A DNA stretch of 36,938 bases from Thermoanaerobaculia bacterium. Its GTDB lineage: Bacteria > Acidobacteriota > Thermoanaerobaculia > Gp7-AA8. Below are positions 10,995-20,873 of the stretch, one piece after another. A program made the position numbers and the translations under genes. The notes beneath the pieces are model-generated. The model was given only the letters and a program-made list of their open reading frames with translations. It did no database searches and was not told the origin of the DNA. The DNA is taken from NCBI GenBank assembly GCA_017883215.1, contig JADGOA010000002.1, forward strand, positions 1 to 36,938, read 5' to 3'. Position 1 is the first letter of the stretch, and every line of letters starts with the position of its first letter.

Positions 10995-11986
10995 ATCGTC
11001 TTTGCCTCAGCCAATAGCTTCTTCAGAGCAGTCTCAGTCTCGCTCTCGCCGGGGATGCAGAGCGTGATGTCCTTCGTTTCGCCGGCGGCGAGAGCGGCTG
11101 CGTAGCCTTCGCAGTCCCAGCCGCAGGCGGTGCAATCCGTCTGCGCCATCGCTGCGAACAGCTTGGCCTTCAGATCGACGCCCTTCGCCAGTTCCAGGCG
11201 CTGATCGAGGGCGAGGTGGGGATCGTGCCACGGAGCTTCGGCCGTCGGCCTGGCGGTATCGGCGACTGCCCCGGCCAGCTCGGGAGCCGGCTCCATCTGC
11301 GTCTTCCGGCCGTCGTACCCGGCGGGAATGCCGTACCCGTACTGGGTCCACTCGCCTTTGAAGATGTTGACGTTTTGCGGGGTTTTCCCCGTGGATCCGG
11401 CTTTCGGGCCGCCGCCATCGGGGAAGATCTCCGGGTAGATGGCCGCGCCGGTGTCGATTCCTCGAAGCGGAAAGTCCTTGCGCAGCGGGTGGCCGTTGAA
11501 GCCGTCCCACATCAGGATGCGCTCGAGGTTCGGATGGTTCGAAAACCCGACGCCGAACATGTCGAAGACTTCGCGCTCCTGCCAGTTCGCCGTCTTCCAC
11601 ACCGAGGACACCGAGGGGATCGGCGTCTTCGCGTCGGTGTAGACGCGCAGCCGCACGCGCACGTTCCTGTCGAACGAGTAGAGCACGTACGACACGCCGA
11701 AGCGGTCGCCCTTGTAACCGGGATAGGTCGAGTAATCGACGCCCGCGAGATCGACGAGGTAGTTGAAGCTGTCGTTCTTGAAGGCGCGCGCCACTTCGAC
11801 GATCTCGTCGCGGTCGGCGATGAGCGTGATCTCACCGGCGAATTCCTTGGCGTCGAGAATCGCGTAGGCGACTTTCTCGACCGTAGCGGAGACGAGCGGA
11901 TCCTGGCGAATCTCCTCTGCAGTCCGTCCCTTGGGCGCGGCCGCGGCAGGAGCGGCCGGGCGATGAGTACCTTCTTGTTCGGCCAT
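10991..11986 (-). CDS. nuoC: NADH-quinone oxidoreductase subunit C with a C-terminal RnfB-type 4-Cys Fe-S module
   Basis: The NuoC/30-kDa core (WQEREVFDMFGVGFSNHPNLERILM) ends near aa 180. A roughly 90-aa linker follows, then AQTDCTACGWDCEGYAAALAAGETKDITLCIPGE (CX2CX3CX17C) at about 10997-11173. Confidence 0.9.
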   Translation of the reverse strand: MAEQEGTHRPAAPAAAAPKGRTAEEIRQDPLVSATVEKVAYAILDAKEFAGEITLIADRDEIVEVARAFKNDSFNYLVDLAGVDYSTYPGYKGDRFGVSYVLYSFDRNVRVRLRVYTDAKTPIPSVSSVWKTANWQEREVFDMFGVGFSNHPNLERILMWDGFNGHPLRKDFPLRGIDTGAAIYPEIFPDGGGPKAGSTGKTPQNVNIFKGEWTQYGYGIPAGYDGRKTQMEPAPELAGAVADTARPTAEAPWHDPHLALDQRLELAKGVDLKAKLFAAMAQTDCTACGWDCEGYAAALAAGETKDITLCIPGESETETALKKLLAEAKTM

Positions 11987-12054
11987 GGGTGCGTTTCCGG
12001 GAGCTGAGTGCCGACCGCAGCGCCGGCTGCGGCGCTCGGAGGTCGAGATTCAGG

Positions 12055-13374
12055 CTAGGCGCCCTCGATCTCCTTTCCTGCTGCGGTCATCAGCTTCTTC
12101 AATTTGTCCTTCGTTTCTTCATCGCCGGGGACACAGAGGGAGATGTCCTTCGTGTCGCCCGTGACGAGCGCGTGCGCGTAGTCGTTGCAGTTGTCGTAGC
12201 CGCACGCTGCGCAATCGGTCTGCGAAAGCGCCTCGTAGAGCTGCTCCTGAAACTCGGCTGGCGACTGAGGCGCAGCCGCAGCCTGTGCAGCAGGAGCAGG
12301 CGCCGGAGCCGCAGCGGGCGCCGCGGCCGGTGTGGGCGCCGCAGCAGTGAGTGCACCCGACGGAGCCGGCGCCGGTTGTGCCGGCTTGTGCTCGGCGATG
12401 ATCTTGTCGAGGGATTCCTTGACTTCGGTGTCTCCGGGCACGCAAAGCGACGTGTCGGTCACCGCGCCGGTCGCCAGCGCGTGCGCGTAGTCCCTGCAGT
12501 TGTCGTAGCCGCATCCGGCGCAATCGGTCTGCGAGAGCACCTCGTACAGCTTCTCCTCGAATTGCTCGAGCGACCCGCCGGAAGAAGACGGAGCGGCTTG
12601 CGGCGCAGCGGGAGTCACCGGTTGCGGCGCGGCGATGGAAACCGGCGGCGGTGGCGCGACCGGCGCTGGTGCCGCCGGCGCTTCGAGGGCAGCCGGCGCG
12701 GCGCTCACTTCTGTCTTCACGACGGTTGGAGCTGCTTTCGGCTTCTCGACGGACGGCAGCGGCGTCCGCTTCACGCTGGAGATCGGCGCCGCACGGAGCT
12801 GCGCGCGCGCCTGCTCGGCCCTCAGCGCGGGACCTTCGTGCGCCGGCCTCACAGAATCGCGAACCGCGGCCCGCGCGAAGTCGTACGCCTCTCCTCCCTT
12901 CCGGAGGATGTGCATTTTCTGGATCTTCTTCTGCAACTCCATCAGCCCCCACATCAGGGCCTCGGGACGTGGAGGGCATCCGGGAATGTAGACGTCGACC
13001 GGAATGAGACGGTCGACGCCCTGCGTCACCGCGTACGTGTCGTACGGTCCGCCGCAGGTCGCACACGAGCCCATGGCGATGACCCACTTCGGCTCCGGCA
13101 TCTGATCCCAGAGGCGGCGGACGATCGGGGCCATCTTCTCCGTCACGGTTCCGGCCACGATCATCAGGTCGGCCTGACGCGGCGTCGACCGAAACACTTC
13201 CGCGCCGAATCGCGCCATGTCGTGACGCGGGTCGAGCACGGCCATCATCTCGATCGCGCAACAGGCCAGACCGAACTGCATCGGCCAGAGCGACGACTTG
13301 CGTGCCCAGTTGAAGAACTTGTCGACGGAAGTTGTGAGGACGTTGGAGTCGAAGCGATTCTCGATCAGACCCAT
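12055..13374 (-). CDS. nuoB: NADH-quinone oxidoreductase subunit B with two C-terminal RnfB-type 4-Cys Fe-S modules
   Basis: The NuoB/PSST core carries the N2 ligands ([21 protein letters not shown]) within aa 1-160. Pro/Ala-rich linkers then connect two repeats of SQTDCA(G/A)CGYDNC.DYAHAL.TG...D.SLCVPGD, at about 12388-12573 and 12073-12258. Total length is 439 aa, against about 160-220 aa for ordinary NuoB. Confidence 0.92.
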   Translation of the reverse strand: MGLIENRFDSNVLTTSVDKFFNWARKSSLWPMQFGLACCAIEMMAVLDPRHDMARFGAEVFRSTPRQADLMIVAGTVTEKMAPIVRRLWDQMPEPKWVIAMGSCATCGGPYDTYAVTQGVDRLIPVDVYIPGCPPRPEALMWGLMELQKKIQKMHILRKGGEAYDFARAAVRDSVRPAHEGPALRAEQARAQLRAAPISSVKRTPLPSVEKPKAAPTVVKTEVSAAPAALEAPAAPAPVAPPPPVSIAAPQPVTPAAPQAAPSSSGGSLEQFEEKLYEVLSQTDCAGCGYDNCRDYAHALATGAVTDTSLCVPGDTEVKESLDKIIAEHKPAQPAPAPSGALTAAAPTPAAAPAAAPAPAPAAQAAAAPQSPAEFQEQLYEALSQTDCAACGYDNCNDYAHALVTGDTKDISLCVPGDEETKDKLKKLMTAAGKEIEGA

Positions 13375-13724
13375 GAGAGAACCTTCCTCTTCCAGGCGTA
13401 GAAGTAACCGATCAGGAGAATCGCGAGAAATACAGCCATCTCAACGGCTCCGAACCAGCCAAGCTGTTTGAACCGGATCGCCCAGGGAAAGAGGAAAATC
13501 GTCTCCACGTCAAACACGATGAACAACACCGCAATCAGAAAATACCTCACTGAAAAACGATGATCGAACGCGAGCGATGTGGCGGGAATCCCGCACTCGT
13601 ACGGCTCCAGCTTCACCTTGTTCTCCCTCGACGCCCGAATCACCGGAGTGATCAGGAACAGGGTCAAAACCGGGAGCGCGAGACCGCCGAGAGCTGCGAC
13701 CAGGAGCACTGAATAGTTGGCCAT
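13365..13724 (-). CDS. nuoA: NADH-quinone oxidoreductase subunit A
   Basis: 119 aa with three TM helices. ND3-type motifs: YECG and [12 protein letters not shown]. It overlaps nuoB by 10 nt. Confidence 0.95.
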   Translation of the reverse strand: MANYSVLLVAALGGLALPVLTLFLITPVIRASRENKVKLEPYECGIPATSLAFDHRFSVRYFLIAVLFIVFDVETIFLFPWAIRFKQLGWFGAVEMAVFLAILLIGYFYAWKRKVLSWV

Positions 13725-13761
13725 ATGCGTTGGAGGACCTAGGTGTTAGCGACCGGTCGTC

Positions 13762-13789
13762 ATTGTAGACGGGGGCTCACCTCCGTCAA
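13762..13789 (-). promoter_or_regulatory. Candidate sigma70-type promoter of the nuo operon
   Basis: On the minus strand, TTGACG (13789-13784), 16 nt, then TACAAT (13767-13762). The -10 element lies about 38 nt upstream of the nuoA ATG. This is a sequence match only. Confidence 0.45.
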
Positions 13790-13822
13790 GAAAAGCACAT
13801 CACAAATGGCGTGTGATCGCCG

Positions 13823-14962
13823 TCACTTTTGGTGAGCATCTTCCAATTTCGTCTGGTCCTTGAACGTCTGCTGGAAGCTCCAACCAGAGCCGATCCCCCT
13901 CCCCTGCACCAGCACACGAATGTCGTGACCGATGCCGGCGGGCAGCACGAGCTGGTGCGCGGCATCCCGGCGGTCGAGTAGATCGACACCTGCGCTGAGA
14001 TTTTCAACAGCGAGATCGGTCACCGGCGTGAACAGCCCGTGTGCGGTGATTCCGAGGGCGAGAAGAAACACCGCCTGGCGATCGAAGAAGAGTGTGGTGA
14101 AATCAAGCTCTTCGCCCGCGCGAATGAGGTCGTCGAAATTGAGGTGGGCGGTGAGGTCCTGTTCCCCCGGATCGGCGAGGAGGTCGCGGGATACACGGTG
14201 CTTCGCGTAAGCGGCCGCAGTGCCGAAACGGCGCGCGCGCGGGTGGAACAGCTTCGATTGCGGATAGCCGTAATCGAACGTGACAATCAGCCCCTCGTCT
14301 ACAACCCGGCAGATGTCGCGGTAGATCGCTCCCCACTCGAGCGAGATATCGGCGAACTGCCCTTTCTGGAGCGCGACTCCGCGCGAGGCGAAATAGTCGC
14401 GGTACTCGGCGGGAGCATCGCGTTCGCTCCAGTCGAGGTGCCCGTCGCGTTCCGTGACCCACAGTTCATGCAGTCCTTCCTCACGCTGCACGAGACGCGC
14501 GAACGGCAGCGCGTCGAAAAGCTCGTTGCTGAAGATCAGATGGCGGCCGCCGCGCGGGATCTCGTCGATGGTGCGGACAAACTCGACGCGGCTCCTCACT
14601 TCTGCGGGGACACGTTCGAGCGCGCGATCGACGCCGACGAATCGAGTACGGCCGTCTCCCGCAGCACCCCATAGAGAATGGATAAGCGAGCCGTCTCCGC
14701 AACCGATGTCCACAATCGTGCACACCGCGTCGCCCGCACGGCTCACGAATTCGCGGACGAGCCGCGCAAGGGCGAACGAAAACGCCGGACTGAGCAGTGG
14801 GGAAGTGATGTAGTCACCCTCGCGTCCTACCGGGCTCGTCTGCTGCGCGTAATAGCCCGATTCGGGGTGGTAGAGCGCGACCTCTACGAAATCGCGGAAC
14901 GACAAGTCTCCGCGACTGAGGAGGTTGCGAACCACTTCGGACATCGGCGCGGTCGGCGACAT
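13823..14962 (-). CDS. SAM-dependent methyltransferase, MidA/NDUFAF7 (DUF185) family
   Basis: 379 aa. The N-terminus (FRDFVEVALYHPESGYYA...GDYITSPLLSPAFSFALA), the SAM motif VDIGCGDGSL and the C-terminal HDIRVLVQ are characteristic of the MidA/NDUFAF7 family. Confidence 0.8.
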   Translation of the reverse strand: MSPTAPMSEVVRNLLSRGDLSFRDFVEVALYHPESGYYAQQTSPVGREGDYITSPLLSPAFSFALARLVREFVSRAGDAVCTIVDIGCGDGSLIHSLWGAAGDGRTRFVGVDRALERVPAEVRSRVEFVRTIDEIPRGGRHLIFSNELFDALPFARLVQREEGLHELWVTERDGHLDWSERDAPAEYRDYFASRGVALQKGQFADISLEWGAIYRDICRVVDEGLIVTFDYGYPQSKLFHPRARRFGTAAAYAKHRVSRDLLADPGEQDLTAHLNFDDLIRAGEELDFTTLFFDRQAVFLLALGITAHGLFTPVTDLAVENLSAGVDLLDRRDAAHQLVLPAGIGHDIRVLVQGRGIGSGWSFQQTFKDQTKLEDAHQK

Positions 14963-15124
14963 GAGTGAGATCGTACACCTCAGGCCGCCCCTGCTGGCGA
15001 GCGCGGCGGCGGCGGAGAGCCATCGATTCCGTAATTATTTTGATCGTGGCACCTGCGTTGCGACAGGAGACGCAGGCAAATGAAAGGCACCGGACGGGCC
15101 AGGCCTTTCATCAGGGAGGAAACA

Positions 15125-15772
15125 ATGAAACACATGACGGCAATGTTCCTGACGATTCTTCTGGTCGTCCCCGCCGCTTTCGCCCAGGTCGATGACCACG
15201 CGAAGGCGAAGAAAGGGGCGGTCATCGGCGGCATCGCCGGCGGAATCGTCGGAGCGGTCATCGGAAACAACCGCAACGGCCACAGCGCCGGGCGCGGCGC
15301 AGTCGTCGGCACGCTGGCCGGCGCTGGTGCAGGCGCGATCGTCGGCGCGATGATGGACAAGCAGGAACGCGAACTGCGGCAGATCAACGGCGTGAACGTG
15401 TCGCGAACTGCGGACAACGAGCTGAACGTGACGGTGCAGAACGAGGTGCTGTTCGACTTCAACTCAGCAGCCCTGCGCTCGAACTCGAAGAGCGCGCTGC
15501 GCGAGATGGCGAGCGTGTTCGACAAGTACCCTGACACTACGCTCAAAGTCGAAGGCTTCACCGACTCGATCGGCTCGGCCTCGTACAACGGGCGGCTCTC
15601 CGCACGCCGCGCCAGCTCAGTGGCCAACTACCTCGAGAACCTCAACGTACGCGGCTCGCGTATCCGGACCTACGGCCTCGGCGAGACCCAGCCGCGTGCT
15701 TCCAACAGCAGCGCGAACGGCCGCCAGCGGAACCGGCGGGTGGAGATCCACGTCAAAGCAAACAACGCCTGA
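15125..15772 (+). CDS. OmpA-family protein with glycine-zipper segment (paralogue 1)
   Basis: GGGAGGA lies upstream of ATG 15125. Features in order: signal peptide MKHMTAMFLTILLVVPAAFAQ, Gly zipper GAVIGGIAGGIVGAVIGN, and an OmpA_C domain (NVTVQNEVLFDFNSAAL...GFTDSIGSASYN..LSARRA..V...L...GLGETQP...NRRVEI). Confidence 0.85.
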   Translation: MKHMTAMFLTILLVVPAAFAQVDDHAKAKKGAVIGGIAGGIVGAVIGNNRNGHSAGRGAVVGTLAGAGAGAIVGAMMDKQERELRQINGVNVSRTADNELNVTVQNEVLFDFNSAALRSNSKSALREMASVFDKYPDTTLKVEGFTDSIGSASYNGRLSARRASSVANYLENLNVRGSRIRTYGLGETQPRASNSSANGRQRNRRVEIHVKANNA

Positions 15773-15785
15773 TCGGCGGTGAACC

Positions 15786-15816
15786 AAAAGGGCGCTCGGA
15801 AGAGCGCCCTTTCCTT
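15786..15816 (+). terminator. Rho-independent terminator
   Basis: Stem GGGCGCTC (15790-15797), GGAA loop, stem GAGCGCCC (15802-15809), followed by TTTCCTT. It lies 14 nt after the stop of OmpA-like gene 1. Confidence 0.7.
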
Positions 15817-15888
15817 AGGCGACCTGCTACGCGGTGCTCGCCGAAACAATGACGCCCGTCACGAGCGTTGTCGCAAATGCAGGTTCTC

Positions 15889-15918
15889 CTACTCGCTACT
15901 CGCTACTCGCTACTCGCT
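15889..15918. repeat. Tandem heptamer array (CTACTCG)x4
   Basis: ctactcg repeated four times in tandem, then ct. It sits between the terminator and the RBS of OmpA-like gene 2. The same unit occurs at 22898-22915 (reverse complement), 23007-23036 and 27968-27982. Confidence 0.9.
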
Positions 15919-15936
15919 GAATTCAGGAGGTACCAC

Positions 15937-16584
15937 ATGATCAAGAAGCTCTCGACTCTCATCGTGGCGACGCTGTTCCTCGCCGCGTGCGCGACCACGA
16001 CCGACGATCCGAACGCGAAGGCCAAGCGCGGCGCAGGGATTGGCGCGGCGGCAGGCGCAATCGCCGGCGCCATCATCGGCAATCAGGGCGGCAATCCGGC
16101 GCAGGGCGCGGTGATCGGCGCGGCGGCAGGCGCGGCGATCGGCGGCGGCGTCGGCCACAACATGGACAAACAGCAGCGGGAGCTGCAGCAGATTCCGGGC
16201 GTTGAGGTAACGCGCCCGACCGAGAACCAGATCAACGTGCAGCTCACGAACGACATCCTGTTCGATGTCGACTCGGCGGCGCTGAGGTCTCAGTCGCAGC
16301 AGACGCTGCGCGATCTCGCGGTCAACTTCCGGCAGTATCCGGGTGAAGCATTCGACATCGAGGGGCACACCGACTCGACCGGCACCAACGAGCACAACAT
16401 GACCCTCTCGCAGAGGCGCGCCGACTCGGTGGCCGGATATCTGATCGACCAGGGAGTGACCAGCTCGCAGGTCACCGCGCGCGGCTACGGGGAGATGCGT
16501 CCGAAGGCAACGAACGACACGCCGGAAGGCCGCCAGTTGAACCGCCGCGTCGAGATTCACATCCGCGGCAACAACCAGCCGTAA
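15937..16584 (+). CDS. OmpA-family lipoprotein with glycine-zipper segment (paralogue 2)
   Basis: AGGAGG lies upstream of ATG 15937. Lipobox LFLAAC, then Gly zipper GAGIGAAAGAIAGAIIGN and an OmpA_C domain. The architecture matches the preceding gene. Confidence 0.85.
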   Translation: MIKKLSTLIVATLFLAACATTTDDPNAKAKRGAGIGAAAGAIAGAIIGNQGGNPAQGAVIGAAAGAAIGGGVGHNMDKQQRELQQIPGVEVTRPTENQINVQLTNDILFDVDSAALRSQSQQTLRDLAVNFRQYPGEAFDIEGHTDSTGTNEHNMTLSQRRADSVAGYLIDQGVTSSQVTARGYGEMRPKATNDTPEGRQLNRRVEIHIRGNNQP

Positions 16585-16607
16585 ATCGGGCTGAGGCAAT
16601 CGTCCGT

Positions 16608-16638
16608 GCGGCGGCCGTGGGGCCGCCGCTTTCTTTTT
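16608..16638 (+). terminator. Rho-independent terminator
   Basis: GCGGCGGCC, GTGG loop, GGCCGCCGC, followed by TTTCTTTTT. Confidence 0.8.
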
Positions 16639-16762
16639 GGCCGGCGGACAACGAGTGCGGCCAGACGATGGCCCGTCGTGCTGCACGCCGTGACCGATCT
16701 GGTCCCGAACCTTCTTCCGTTCGCGCGCCACTTCCATCTCGCGTGAACCCCCTCAAAGGCGC

Positions 16763-16790
16763 AGACAAACTCAGCCAATTCGGCTAGAAT
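16763..16790 (+). promoter_or_regulatory. Candidate promoter upstream of the pyrophosphatase gene
   Basis: AGACAA (16763-16768), 16 nt, then TAGAAT (16785-16790), about 80 nt upstream of ATG 16871. Weak -35 element; sequence match only. Confidence 0.3.
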
Positions 16791-16870
16791 CCGCCCGCCC
16801 AGAGCATCCCCGTCCCTTTGTTACCCGTTTACGGGATGGGTCTACCGTCACCACAGACTACGGAGGAACT

Positions 16871-19381
<2,511 letters not shown>

Positions 19382-19408
19382 GAGATCCGGATCACATCCA
19401 AATCACCA

Positions 19409-19440
19409 ACGCCCCGCGGCAACGCGGGGCGTTTTCTTTT
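19409..19440 (+). terminator. Rho-independent terminator
   Basis: ACGCCCCGCG, GCAA loop, CGCGGGGCGT, followed by TTTCTTTT. A second 9-bp hairpin follows at 19450-19469. Confidence 0.8.
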
Positions 19441-19508
19441 CGCCGTCGTGTGCGCGGTGCACCGCGCACCGAGCACCGGCTCCCAGTGCACCCGGGAGGC
19501 CGGCAGCC

Positions 19509-20873
19509 TTACCGGACCACGCTCGCCCGCACCGAGTCGAAGTAGGTCACCAGCTTCGGCGAGAACGCCGACTTCTGGAGGCGGAGACCGCGATTGAGTT
19601 TCAGCGCTGCGCGAAAATCTTCGGCGGCGGCGTCCAGTCCGGCCTTGGGAGAACGCGAAAGCGTGGCCCGCGTGAACCGTGTGCAGCCGCGCAGCAAGAA
19701 CCCTTCCGCCAACGCACGCCTGCCGAGAAGTTCGGTGAGCTGCGTGTCGGCGGAATCGAAATCGCCCCGAGCAAAGGCCCGGTACGCGGATTCCAGTCCG
19801 CCGCCGCTCGAGGCCGCGGCCGCGGGCACGGGCACGCTCAGGGCATCCAGCTCCTGCTGTTTCGCCGTCACGAATTGGACCGTGGCACTGATGGTCGCGG
19901 CGTCATGGTTCTTCTGCAGCCGCCGATCGAAGCTCGTCGCTTCGCGGACGGCGGCGCGCACGGCCTGCTGGTAGCGCGCATCGCCGCGGCGTTGATCTCC
20001 TGCGGTGGCCAGACGGCCGCGGAACTCCTGCAGCGCCACGCGGGCAGCGACGAGCGCCCCATCTTCAACGGCTTGCTGCGGTGGCGCAGCATGAGGTTGC
20101 GGCTTGGGCGCTTCGGCCACAGGAGCCGGCACCTGTTTCGGCGCTTCCGCCGGACGCTGCGTCTCGACCTGCACGCGAGTGACCTCGACCGGCGGTGCTG
20201 CCGGCCGCGGCTGCTGACGCGGAGGCTGCGCTGCGGGGCGTGCAGCTCTGGCGCGCTTCGCGGCCTCGGCCGCACTGGCGAAAAGATCGCGGGCCTGATT
20301 GGCGATGTCACCGGCCCGGCGATAGGCGCGCGCATCCGTCCCCGCGTTGTTGAACTGATCAACCGCTTCCGACAGTTTCTGTTTGCCGGCGCGATACGTG
20401 TCGCTGCGATCGCCCCTCGCAGCCAAGGCGTCCATCTGCGTCGACATGGCCCGGCTCACCGCAGCGTCGGCCGCTTTGCGAGGCTCGGCCACGGCGGTCT
20501 GGGCGCTGCGCTGTTTCTCGGCCTGTGCCCGCGCCACCCACTCGCGCATCCGGGCGTAGTAGTCGGTGTTCTGCACGACGCCCTGTTCCTCCGCGGTTCG
20601 CCATTCGCGAAGGGCCCCTTCGACATCGCCGAGGTTGAATTTCGCTATGCCGAGCCAGAAGTGCGGTACGTAGACGATCGTGTCGCGCCTGGTGCGCGCC
20701 GCGTTCGACTCGTTCGGCATCTCGGAGATCGACCGCTGCAGCGCTTCGGCCGCCGCGGAGTAGTTCTTCGCGTTGATCGCCTGCACGCCGCGCGCGTACG
20801 CCTCGTACCACTTCTCGGCAGCATGAGCCGGAATGGCCGCCAGCAGCAGCAGCGCGAAAACCAGTCGTCTCAT
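19509..20873 (-). CDS. Secreted TPR-like / Ala-Arg-Gln-rich protein, function unknown
   Basis: Only the 3' part of the 961-aa track ORF is coding. It starts at MRRLVFALLLLAAIPAHAAEKWY (signal peptide), and its ATG 20873 forms an ATGA overlap with the kinase stop. TPR-like ends flank a Pro/Ala/Gln-rich centre. Confidence 0.7.
   Translation of the reverse strand: MRRLVFALLLLAAIPAHAAEKWYEAYARGVQAINAKNYSAAAEALQRSISEMPNESNAARTRRDTIVYVPHFWLGIAKFNLGDVEGALREWRTAEEQGVVQNTDYYARMREWVARAQAEKQRSAQTAVAEPRKAADAAVSRAMSTQMDALAARGDRSDTYRAGKQKLSEAVDQFNNAGTDARAYRRAGDIANQARDLFASAAEAAKRARAARPAAQPPRQQPRPAAPPVEVTRVQVETQRPAEAPKQVPAPVAEAPKPQPHAAPPQQAVEDGALVAARVALQEFRGRLATAGDQRRGDARYQQAVRAAVREATSFDRRLQKNHDAATISATVQFVTAKQQELDALSVPVPAAAASSGGGLESAYRAFARGDFDSADTQLTELLGRRALAEGFLLRGCTRFTRATLSRSPKAGLDAAAEDFRAALKLNRGLRLQKSAFSPKLVTYFDSVRASVVR

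Noticed and set aside
19450-19469. A second hairpin (gtgcgcggt-gc-accgcgcac) after hppA as a terminator for the convergent minus-strand gene.
   Set aside because: It is a perfect 9-bp palindrome, but there is no T-run on the minus-strand side and the loop would be only 2-4 nt. This is insufficient to call a terminator.
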